This document shows positions 43,901 through 56,566 of a stretch of 64,000 bases of DNA, in pieces (position 1 is the first letter of the stretch; each line of letters starts with the position of its first letter). Both the position numbers and the translations under genes were made by a program. Under the pieces are notes generated by a model, which was given only the letters and a program-made list of their open reading frames with translations, did no database searches and was not told where the DNA came from. This DNA is from the human T2T-CHM13v2.0 reference genome, Homo sapiens. Where the stretch lies: assembly GCF_009914755.1 (NCBI RefSeq), contig NC_060939.1; one strand, given 5' to 3'.

Positions 43901-46800
43901 GATTACATTATATTCGAATAAGTTCCATTCAAGACCATTTCTTTTGAGTCCATTCTATTTGAGTCCATTCCCTTTGATTCCATAACATTTGAGTCCATTC
44001 AATTCCATTCCTTTCGTTTCCATTCCATTTGATGCCATTCCATTCAATTCTGTTCTACTCGACTCCAATACATTCAATTCCATTCCATCCGATTCCATTA
44101 CATTCTTTTCATTTCTTATCCATTTCAAGCCATTCCACTCCATTCCATTCCACTCGTTTCCTTTCCATTCGAGTCCATTCCTCTCCAGTCCATTCCGTTC
44201 AATCCATTCCATTCCAGTCCATTCCATTCGAGTCCGTTCCATTCCAGTCCATTCCATTCGAGTCAATTCCATTCCATTCGATGTCTTTCCATAACGATCC
44301 ATTCCATTCTATTCCTTTCGATTCCATTCCATTCTATTTCATTCCATTCGATTCCCTTCCATTGGACTCCTTTCCATTCGAGTGCATTCCATTCCGTTCC
44401 ATTCCTTTCCGTTCTGTACGATTCCTACCGTTCGATTTCATTTTGGTCCAGTCCATTCTTTCGCGTCCATTCCATTCCATTTCACTCCATTCGATTCCAT
44501 TCCACTCGATTCCACTTCGTTCCATTTCATTGCATTCCATTCTATTCAACTCTATTGCCTTCCATTCCATTCCATTCGATTACATTCCATGCGATTCCAT
44601 TCGAAATCGAATCAATTACATTGCAATCCATTAGTATTTAGTCCGTTTTATTCCAGTCCACTGCATTCTGGTCCATTCCATTTGATTCCATTCCATTCTA
44701 TTCCATTCCATACAGTTGCATTCCATTGGATTCCATGCTATATCTATAAATTCAATTCGAGACCATTGCTTTTGAGTCCATTCTATATGATTCCATTCCA
44801 TTCAAGTCCATTACATTTGGTTAAATTCCATTCCATTCGGTTCAATTCCATTCCATTCCATTCCCTTCCATTCCATTCCAGTTGATATCAATCCATTCGA
44901 TTCCATTCCATTCGAGCACATTCCATTCGAGTCCATTCCATTCGATGCCATTCCATTTGATTCTATTCCATTAGTCTCCATTCAATTCCATTAATCTCCA
45001 TTCCATTCCATTCTACTCCAACTGATTCCATTCCATTCTATTCCTTTCCAGTCCATTTCATTCCATTCCATTCCATTCCATTCCATTCCATTCGTGTCCA
45101 TTCCACTCCAGTCCATTCCATTCGTATCCATTCCATTCCAGTCCATTCCATTTGTGTCCACTGCATTCCATTCCACTCCATTCCATATTATTCCATTACA
45201 CTCCATTCCATTCTATTACTTTCATTTCCATTCAATTCCATTCCATTTGATTCCATTCCACTCGGTTTCATTCCATTTGAGTCCACTCCATTCCATTCCA
45301 TTCCATTCAGTTCCATTCCATTCTGTTCCATTCCATTCCGTTCCATTACATTCCATTCCATTCGGTACCATTCCATATTGTTCCATTCGATTCCATTCGA
45401 ATCCATTCCATTCCAGTCCATTCCATTCGATTCCATTCCATTCATTTCAATTCCATTCCATTCCATTCCATTACATTCCACTTGATTCCTCTCCATTCCC
45501 TTCCACTGCATTCCGTTCGATTCCATTCCATTGCATTGCATTCCATTCCATTGGATTGCATTCCATTCGATTCCATTCCATTCGAATCAATTACATAGCA
45601 ATCCATTACATTCGAGTCTATTCTCTTCCGTTCCATTCGATTTCGTTCCAATCCATTCGATTCCATTCCATTCGATTCCATTCCATACTATTGCATTCCA
45701 TTCGATTACATTATATTCGAAAAAGTTCCATTCAAGACCATTTCTTTTGAGTCCATTCTATTTGAGTCCATTCCCTTTGATTCCATAACTTTTGAGTCCA
45801 TTCAATTCCATTCCTTTCGTTTCCATTCCATTTGATGCCATTCCATTCAATTCTGTTCTACTCGACTCCAATACATTCAATTCCATTCCATCCGATTCCA
45901 TTACATTCTTTTCATTTCTTATCCATTTCAAGCCATTCCACTCCATTCCATTCCACTCGTTTCCTTTCCATTCGAGTCCATTCCTCTCCAGTCCATTCCG
46001 TTCAATCCATTCCATTCCAGTCCATTCCATTCGAGTCCGTTCCATTCCAGTCCATTCCATTCGAGTCAATTCCATTCCATTCGATGTCTTTCCATAACGA
46101 TCCATTCCATTCTATTCCTTTCGATTCCATTCCATTCTATTTCATTCCATTCGATTCCCTTCCGTTGGACTCCTTTCCATTCGAGTGCATTCCATTCCAT
46201 TCCATTTCTTTCCGTTCTGTACGATTCCTACCGTTCGATTTCATTTTGTTCCAGTCCATTCTTTCGCGTCCATTCCATTCCATTTCACTCCATTCGATTC
46301 CATTCCACTCGATTCCACTTCGTTCCATTTCATTGCATTCCATTCTATTCAACTCTATTGCCTTCCATTCCATTCCATTCGATTACATTCCATGCGATTC
46401 CATTCGAAATCGAATCAATTACATTGCAATCCATTACTATTGAGTCCGTTTTATTCCAGTCCACTGCATTCTGGTCCATTCCATTTGATTCCATTCCATT
46501 CTATTCCATTCCATACAGTTGCATTCCATTGGATTCCATGCTATATCTATAAATTCAATTCGAGACCATTGCTTTTGAGTCCATTCTATATGATTCCATT
46601 CCATTCAAGTCCATTACATTTGGTTAAATTCCATTCCATTCGGTTCAATTCCATTCCATTCCATTCCCTTCCATTCCATTCCAGTTGATATCAATCCATT
46701 CGATTCCATTCCATTCGAGCACATTCCATTCGAGTCCATTCCATTCGATGCCATTCCATTTGATTCTATTCCATTAGTCTCCATTCAATTCCATTAATCT
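34230..46800 (+). repeat. Homogeneous, apparently recent expansion of one unit subtype (about 7 units)
   Basis: Units share a 15-bp insertion (GGTTAAATTCCATTCCATTCGGTTCAA at 35811, 37608, 39406, 41214, 43011, 44819, 46622), a 1-bp deletion (CATTCTTTCGCG) and CGTATCC. Spacings are 1798-1808 bp. Confidence 0.85.
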
Positions 46801-49392
46801 CCATTCCATTCCATTCTACTCCAACTGATTCCATTCCATTCTATTCCTTTCCATTCCATTTCATTCCATTCCATTCCATTCCATTCCATTCCATTCGTGT
46901 CCATTCCACTCCAGTCCATTCCATTCGTGTCCATTCCATTCCAGTCCATTCCATTTGTGTCCACTGCATTCCATTCCACTCCATTCCATATTATTCCATT
47001 ACACTCCATTCCATTCTATTACTTTCATTTCCATTCAATTCCATTCCATTTGATTCCATTCCACTCGGTTTCATTCCATTTGAGTCCACTCCATTCCATT
47101 CCATTCCATTCCATTCAGTTCCATTCCATTCTGTTCCATTCCATTCCGTTCCATTACATTCCATTCCATTCGGTACCATTCCATATTGTTCCATTCGATT
47201 CCATTCGAATCCATTCCATTCCAGTCCATTCCATTCGATTCCATTCCATTCATTTCAATTCCATTCCATTCCATTCCATTACATTCCACTTGATTCCTCT
47301 CCATTCCCTTCCACTGCATTCCGTTCGATTCCATTCCATTGCATTGCATTCCATTCCATTGGATTGCATTCCATTCGATTCCATTCCATTCGAATCAATT
47401 ACATAGCAATCCATTACATTCGAGTCTATTCTATTCCTTTCCATTCGATTTCGTTCCAATCCTTTCGATTCCATTCCATTCGATTCCATTCCATACTATT
47501 GCATTCCATTCGATTACATTATATTCGAATAAGTTCCATTCAAGACCATTTCTTTTGAGTCCATTCTATTTGAGTCCATTCCCTTTGATTCCATAACATT
47601 TGAGTCCATTCAATTCCATTCCTTTCGTTTCCATTCCATTTGATGCCATTCCATTCAATTCTGTTCTACTCGACTCCAATACATTCAATTCCATTCCATC
47701 CGATTCCATTACATTCTTTTCATTTCTTATCCATTTCAAGCCATTACACTCCATTCCATTCCACTCGTTTCCTTTCCATTCGAGTCCATTCCTCTCCAGT
47801 CCATTTCGTTCAATCCATTCTATTCCAGTCCATTCCATTCGAGTCCGTTCCATTCCAGTCCATTCCATTTCAGTCAATTCCATTCCATTCGATGTCTTTC
47901 CATAACGATCCATTCCATTCTATTCCTTTCGATTCCATTCCATTCTATTTCATTCCATTCGATTCCCTTCCATTGGACTCCTTTCCATTCGAGTGCATTC
48001 CATTCCTTTCCATTTCTTTCCGTTCTGTACGATTCCTACCGTTCGATTTCATTTTGTTCCAGTCCATTCCTTTCGCGTCCATTCCATTCCATTTCACTCC
48101 ATTCGATTCCATTCCACTCGATTCCACTTCGTTCCATTTCATTGCATTCCATTCTATTCACTCTATTGCCTTCCATTCCATTCCATTCGATTACATTCCA
48201 TGCGATTCCATTCGAAATCGAATCAATTACATTGCAATCCATTACTATTGAGTCCGTTTTATTCCAGTCCACTGCATTCTGGTCCATTCCATTTGATTCC
48301 ATTCCATTCTATTCCATTCCATACAGTTGCATTCCATTGGTTTCCATGCTATATCTATAAATTCAATTCGAGACCATTGCTTTTGAGTCCATTCTATATG
48401 ATTCCATTCCATTCAAGTCCATTACATTTGGTTCAATTCCATTCCATTCCATTCCCTTCCATTCCATTCCATTTAATATCAATCCATTCGATTCCATTCC
48501 ATTCGAGCACATTCCATTCGAGTCCATTCCATTCGATGCCATTCCATTTGATTCTATTCCATTAGTCTCCATTCAATTCCATTAATCTCCATTCCATTCC
48601 ATTCTACTCCAACTGATTCCATTCCATTCTATTCCTTTCCATTCCATTTCATTCCATTCCATTCCATTTCATTCCATTCCATTCCATTCGTGTCCATTCC
48701 ACTCCAGTCCATTCCATTCGTGTCCATTCCATTCCAGTCCATTCCAGTTGTGTCCACTGCATTCCATTCCACTCCATTCCATATTATTCCATTACACTCC
48801 ATTCCATTCTATTACTTTCATTTCCCTTCAATTCCATTCCATTTGATTCCATTCCACTCGGTTTCATTCCATTTGAGTCCACTCCATTCCATTCCATTCG
48901 ATTCCATTCAGTTCCATTCCATTCTGTTCCATTCCATTCCGTTCCATTACATTCCATTCCATTCGGTACCATTCCATATTTTTCCATTCGATTCCATTCG
49001 AATCCATTCCATTCCAGTCCATTCCATTCGATTCCATTCCATTCATTTCAATTCCATTCCATTCCATTCCATTACATTCCACTTGATTCCTCTCCATTCC
49101 CTTCCACTGCATTCCGTTCGATTCCATTCCATTGCATTGCATTCCATTCCATTGGATTGCATTCCATTCGATTCCATTCCATTCGAATCAATTACATAGC
49201 AATCCATTACATTCGAGTCTATTCTATTCCGTTCCATTCGATTTCGTTCCAATCCATTCGATTCCATTCCATTCGATTCCATTCCATACTATTACATTCC
49301 ATTCGATTACATTATATTCGAATAAGTTCCATTCAAGACCATTTCTTTTGAGTCCATTCTATTTGAGTCCATTCCCTTTGATTCCATAACAT

Positions 49393-52300
49393 TTGAGTCC
49401 ATTCAATTCCATTCCTTTCGTTTCCATTCCATTTGATGCCATTCCATTCAATTCTGTTCTACTCGACTCCAATACATTCAATTCCATTCCATCCGATTCC
49501 ATTACATTCTTTTCATTTCTTATCCATTTCAAGCCATTCCACTCCATTCCATTCCACTCGTTTCCTTTCCATTCGAGTCCATTCCTCTCCAGTCCATTCC
49601 GTTCAATCCATTCCATTCCAGTCCATTCCATTCGAGTCCGTTCCATTCCAGTCCATTCCATTCGAGTCAATTCCATCCCATTCGATGTCTTTCCATAACG
49701 ATCCATTCCATTCTATTCCTTTCGATTCCATTCCATTCTATTTCATTCCATTCGATTCCCTTCCATTGGACTCCTTTCCATTCGAGTGCATTCCATTCCG
49801 TTCCATTTCTTTCCGTTCTGTACGATTCCTACCGTTCGATTTCATTTTGTTCCAGTCCATTCCTTTCGCGTCCATTCCATTCCATTTCACTCCATTCGAT
49901 TCCATTCCACTCGATTCCACTTCGTTCCATTTCATTGCATTCCATTCTATTCAACTCTATTGCCTTCCATTCCATTCCATTCGATTACATTCCATGCGAT
50001 TCCATTCGAAATCGAATCAATTACATTGCAATCCATTACTATTGAGTCCATTTTATTCCAGTCCACTGCATTCTGGTCCATTCCATTTGATTCCATTCCA
50101 TTCTATTCCATCCCATACAGTTGCATTCCATTGAACTCCATTGTATATCTATAAATTCAATTCGAGACCATTGCTTTTGAGTCCATTCTATATGATTCCA
50201 TTCCATTCAAGTCCATTACATTTGGTTCAATTCCATTCCATTCCATTCCCTTCCATTCCATTCCAGTTGATATCAATCCATTCGATTCCATTCCATTCGA
50301 GCACATTCCATTCGAGTCCATTCCATTCGATGCCATTCCATTTGATTCTATTCCATTAGTCTCCATTCAATTCCATTAATCTCCATTCCATTCCATTCTA
50401 CTCCAACTGATTCCATTCCATTCTATTACTTTCCATTCCATTTCATTCCATTCCATTCCATTTCATTCCATTCCATTCCATTCCATTCCATTCGCTTCCA
50501 TTCCATTCGTGTCCATTGCATTCCAGTCCATTCCATTTGTGTCCACTGCATTCCATTCCACTCCATTCCATATTATTCCATTACAATCCATTCCATTCTA
50601 TTACTTTCATTTCCATTGAATTCCATTCCATTTGATTCCATTCCACTCGGTTTCATTCCATTTGAGTCCACTCCACTCCATTCCATTCCATTCCATTCCA
50701 TTCAGTTCCATTCCATTCTGTTCCATTCCATTCCGTTCCATTGCATTCCATTCCATTCGGTACCATTCCATATTGTTCCATTCGATTCCATTCGAATCCA
50801 TTCCATTCCAGTCCATTCCATTCGATTCCATTCCATTCCTTTCAATTCCATTCCATTCCATTCCATTCCACTTGATTCCACTCCATTCCCTTCCACTGCA
50901 TTCCATTGCATTGCATTCCATTCCATTGGACTGCATTCCATTCGATTCCATTCCATTCGAATCAATTACATAGCAATTCATTACATTCGAGTCTATTCTC
51001 TTCCGTTCCATTCGATTTCGTTCCAATCCATTCGATTCCATTCCATTCGATTCCATTCCATACTATTGCATTCCATTCGATTACATTATATTCGAATAAG
51101 TTCCATTCAAGACCATTTCTTTTGAGTCCATTCTATTTGAGTCCATTCCCTTTGATTCCATAACATTTGAGTCCATTCAATTCCATTCCTTTCGTTTCCA
51201 TTCCATTTGATGCCATTCCATTCAATTCTGTTCTACTCGACTCCAATACATTCAATTCCATTCCATCCGATTCCATTACATTCTTTTCATTTCTTATCCA
51301 TTTCAAGCCATTCCACTCCATTCCATTCCACTCGTTTCCTTTCCATTCGAGTCCATTCCTCTCCAGTCCATTCCGTTCAATCCATTCCATTCCAGTCCAT
51401 TCCATTCGAGTCCGTTCCATTCCAGTCCATTCCATTCGAGTCAATTCCATTCCATTCGATGTCTTTCCATAACGATCCATTCCATTCTATTCCTTTCGAT
51501 TCCATTCCATTCTATTTCATTCCATTCGATTCCCTTCCATTGGACTCCTTTCCATTCGAGTGCATTCCATTCCGTTCCATTTCTTTCCGTTCTGTACGAT
51601 TCCTACCGTTCGAGTTCATTTTGTTCCAGTCCATTCTTTCGCGTCCATTCCATTCCATTTCACTCCATTCGATTCCATTCCACTCGATTCCACTTCGTTC
51701 CATTTCATTGCATTCCATTCTATTCAACTCTATTGCCTTCCATTCCATTCCATTCGATTACATTCCATGCGATTCCATTCGAAATCAAATCAATTACATT
51801 GCAATCCATTACTATTGAGTCCGTTTTATTCCAGTCCACTGCATTCTGGTCCATTCCATTTGATTCCATTCCATTCTATTCCATTCCATACAGTTGCATT
51901 CCATTGGATTCCATGCTATATCTATAAATTCAATTCGAGACCATTGCTTTTGAGTCCATTCTATATGATTCCATTCCATTCAAGTCCATTACATTTGGTT
52001 AAATTCCATTCCATTCGGTTCAATTCCATTCCATTCCATTCCCTTCCATTCCATTCCAGTTGATATCAATCCATTCGATTCCATTCCATTCGAGCACATT
52101 CCATTCGAGTCCATTCCATTCGATGCCATTCCATTTGATTCTATTCCATTAGTCTCCATTCAATTCCATTAATCTCCATTCCATTCCATTCTACTCCAAA
52201 TGATTCCATTCCATTCTATTCCTTTCCATTCCATTTCATTCCATTCCATTCCATTCCATTCCATTCCATTCCATTCCATTCGTGTCCATTCCACTCCAGT

Positions 52301-55300
52301 CCATTCCATTCGTATCCATTCCATTCCAGTCCATTCCATTTGTGTCCACTGCATTCCATTCCACTCCATTCCATATTATTCCATTACACTCCATTCCATT
52401 CTATTACTTTCATTTCCATTCAATTCCATTCCATTTGATTCCATTCCACTCGGTTTCATTCCATTTGAGTCCACTCCATTCCATTCCATTCCATTCAGTT
52501 CCATTCCATTCTGTTCCATTCCATTCCGTTCCATTACATTCCATTCCATTCGGTACCATCCCATATTGTTCCATTCGATTCCATTCGAATCCATTCCATT
52601 CCAGTCCATTCCATTCGATTCCATTCCATTCATTTCAATTCCATTCCATTCCATTCCATTACATTCCACTTGATTCCTCTCCATTCCCTTCCACTGCATT
52701 CCGTTCGATTCCATTCCATTGCATTGCATTCAATTCCATTGGATTGCATTCCATTCGATTCCATTCCATTCGAATCAATTACATAGCAATCCATTACATT
52801 CGAGTCTATTCTCTTCCGTTCCATTCGATTTCGTTCCAATCCATTCGATTCCATTCCATTCGATTCCATTCCATACTGTTGCATTCCATTCGATTACATT
52901 ATATTCGAATAAGTTCCATTCAAGACCATTTCTTTTGAGTCCATTCTATTTGAGTCCATTCCCTTTGATTCCATAACATTTGAGTCCATTCAATTCCATT
53001 CCTTTCGTTTCCATTCCATTTGATGCCATTCCATTCAATTCTGTTCTACTCGACTCCAATACATTCAATTCCATTCCATCCGATTCCATTACATTCTTTT
53101 CATTTCTTATCCATTTCAAGCCATTCCACTCCATTCCATTCCACTCGTTTCCTTTCCATTCGAGTCCATTCCTCTCCAGTCCATTCCGTTCAATCCATTC
53201 CATTCCAGTCCATTCCATTCGAGTCCGTTCCATTCCAGTCCATTCCATTCGAGTCAATTCCATCCCATTCGATGTCTTTCCATAACGATCCATTCCATTC
53301 TATTCCTTTCGATTCCATTCCATTCTATTTCATTCCATTCGATTCCCTTCCATTGGACTCCTTTCCATTCGAGTGCATTCCATTCCGTTCCATTTCTTTC
53401 CGTTCTGTACGATTCCTACCGTTCGATTTCATTTTGTTCCAGTCCATTCCTTTCGCGTCCATTCCATTCCATTTCACTCCATTCGATTCCATTCCACTCG
53501 ATTCCACTTCGTTCCATTTCATTGCATTCCATTCTATTCAACTCTATTGCCTTCCATTCCATTCCATTCGATTACATTCCATGCGATTCCATTCGAAATC
53601 GAATCAATTACATTGCAATCCATTACTATTGAGTCCGTTTTATTCCAGTCCACTGCATTCTGGTCCATTCCATTTGATTCCATTCCATTCTATTCCATTC
53701 CATACAGTTGCATTCCATTGAACTCCATTGTATATCTATAAATTCAATTCGAGACCATTGCTTTTGAGTCCATTCTATATGATTCCATTCCATTCAAGTC
53801 CATTACATTTGGTTCAATTCCATTCCATTCCATTCCCTTCCATTCCATTCCAGTTGATATCAATCCATTCGATTCCATTCCATTCGAGCACATTCCATTC
53901 GAGTCCATTCCATTCGATGCCATTCCATTTGATTCTATTCCATTAGTCTCCATTCAATTCCATTAATCTCCATTCCATTCCATTCTACTCCAACTGATTC
54001 CATTCCATTCTATTACTTTCCATTCCATTTCATTCCATTCCATTCCATTTCATTCCATTCCATTCCATTCCATTCCATTCGCTTCCATTCCATTCGTGTC
54101 CATTGCATTCCAGTCCATTCCATTTGTGTCCACTGCATTCCATTCCACTCCATTCCATATTATTCCATTACACTCCATTCCATTCTATTACTTTCATTTC
54201 CATTGAATTCCATTCAATTTGATTCCATTCCACTCGGTTTCATTCCATTTGAGTCCACTCCACTCCATTCCATTCCATTCCATTCCATTCAGTTCCATTC
54301 CATTCTGTTCCATTCCATTCCGTTCCATTGCATTCCATTCCATTCGGTACCATTCCATATTGTTCCATTCGATTCCATTCGAATCCATTCCATTCCAGTC
54401 CATTCCATTCGATTCCATTTTATTCCTTTCAATTCCATTCCATTCCATTCCATTCCACTTGATTCCACTCCATTCCCTTCCACTGCATTCCATTGCATTG
54501 CATTCCATTCCATTGGACTGCATTCCATTCAATTCCATTCCATTCGAATCAATTACATAGCAATCCATTACATTCGAGTCTATTCTATTCCGTTCCATTC
54601 GATTTCATTCCAATCCATTCGATTCCATTCCATTCGATTCCATTCCATACTATTGCATTCCATTCTATTACATTATATTCGAATAAGTTCCATTCAAGAC
54701 CATTTCTTTTGAGTCCATTCTATTTGAGTCCATTCCCTTTGATTCCATAACATTTGAGTCCATTCAATTCCATTCCTTTCATTTCCATTCCATTTGATGC
54801 CATTCCATTCAATTCTGTTCTACTCGACTCCAATACATTCAATTCCATTCCATCCGATTCCATTACATTCTTTTCATTTCTTATCCATTTCAAGCCATTC
54901 CACTCCATTCCATTCCACTCGTTTCCTTTCCATTCGAGTCCATTCCTCTCCAGTCCATTCCGTTCAATCCATTCCATTCCAGTCCATTCCATTCGAGTCC
55001 GTTCCATTCCAGTCCATTCCATTCGAGTCAATTCCATTCCATTCGATGTCTTTCCATAACGATCCATGCCATTCTATTCCTTTCGATTCCATTCCATTCT
55101 ATTTCATTCCATTCGATTCCCTTCCATTGGACTCCTTTCCATTCGAGTGCATTCCATTCCGTTCCATTTCTTTCCGTTCTGTACGATTCCTACCGTTCGA
55201 TTTCATTTTGTTCCAGTCCATTCTTTCGCGTCCATTCCATTCCATTTCACTCCATTCGATTCCATTCCACTCGATTCCACTTCGTTCCATTTCATTGCAT

Positions 55301-56566
55301 TCCATTCTATTCAACTCTATTGCCTTCCATTCCATTCCATTCGATTACATTCCATGCGATTCCATTCGAAATCAAATCAATTACGTTGCAATCCATTACT
55401 ATTGAGTCCGTTTAATTCCAGTCCAATGCATTCTGGTCCATTCCATTTGATTCCATTCCATTCTATTCCATTCCATACAGTTGCATTCCATTGGATTCCA
55501 TGCTATATCTATAAATTCAATTCGAGACCATTGCTTTTGAGTCCATTCTATATGATTCCATTCCATTCAAGTCCATTACATTTGGTTAAATTCCATTCCA
55601 TTCGGTTCAATTCCATTCCATTCCATTCCCTTCCATTCCATTCCAGTTGATATCAATCCATTCGATTCCATTCCATTCGAGCACATTCCATTCGAGTCCA
55701 TTCCATTCGATGCCATTCCATTTGATTCTATTCCATTAGTCTCCATTCAATTCCATTAATCTCCATTCCATTCCATTCTACTCCAACTGATTCCATTCCA
55801 TTCTATTCCTTTCCATTCCATTTCATTCCATTCCATTCCATTCCATTCCATTCCATTCCATTCCATTCGAGTCCATTCCACTCCAGTCCATTCCATTCGT
55901 ATCCATTCCATTCCAGTCCATTCCATTTGTGTCCACTGCATTCCATTCCACTCCATTCCATATTATTCCATTACACTCCATTCCATTCTATTACTTTCAT
56001 TTCCATTCAATTCCATTCCATTTGATTCCATTCCACTCGGTTTCATTCCATTTGAGTCCACTCCATTCCATTCCATTCCATTCAGTTCCATTCCATTCTG
56101 TTCCATTCCATTCCGTTCCATTACATTCCATTCCATTCGGTACCATTCCATATTGTTCCATTCGATTCCATTCGAATCCATTCCATTCCAGTCCATTCCA
56201 TTCGATTCCATTCCATTCATTTCAATTCCATTCCATTCCATTCCATTACATTCCACTTGATTCCTCTCCATTCCCTTCCACTGCATTCCGTTCGATTCCA
56301 TTCCATTGCATTGCATTCCATTCCATTGGATTGCATTCCATTCGATTCCATTCCATTCGAATCAATTACATAGCAATCCATTACATTCGAGTCTATTCTC
56401 TTCCGTTCCATTCGATTTCGTTCCAATCCATTCGATTCCATTCCATTCGATTCCATTCCATACTATTGCATTCCATTCGATTACATTATATTCGAATAAG
56501 TTCCATTCAAGACCATTTCTTTTGAGTCCATTCTATTTGAGTCCATTCCCTTTGATTCCATAACAT
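49393..56566 (+). repeat. Tandemly duplicated two-unit (3587-bp) super-repeat
   Basis: Spacings alternate 1774/1813/1774/1813. TTGAACTCCATTGTAT occurs at ~50131/53718, GAATTC at 50618/54205 and GAAATCAAATC at ~51781/55368, all 3587 bp apart. Confidence 0.85.
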
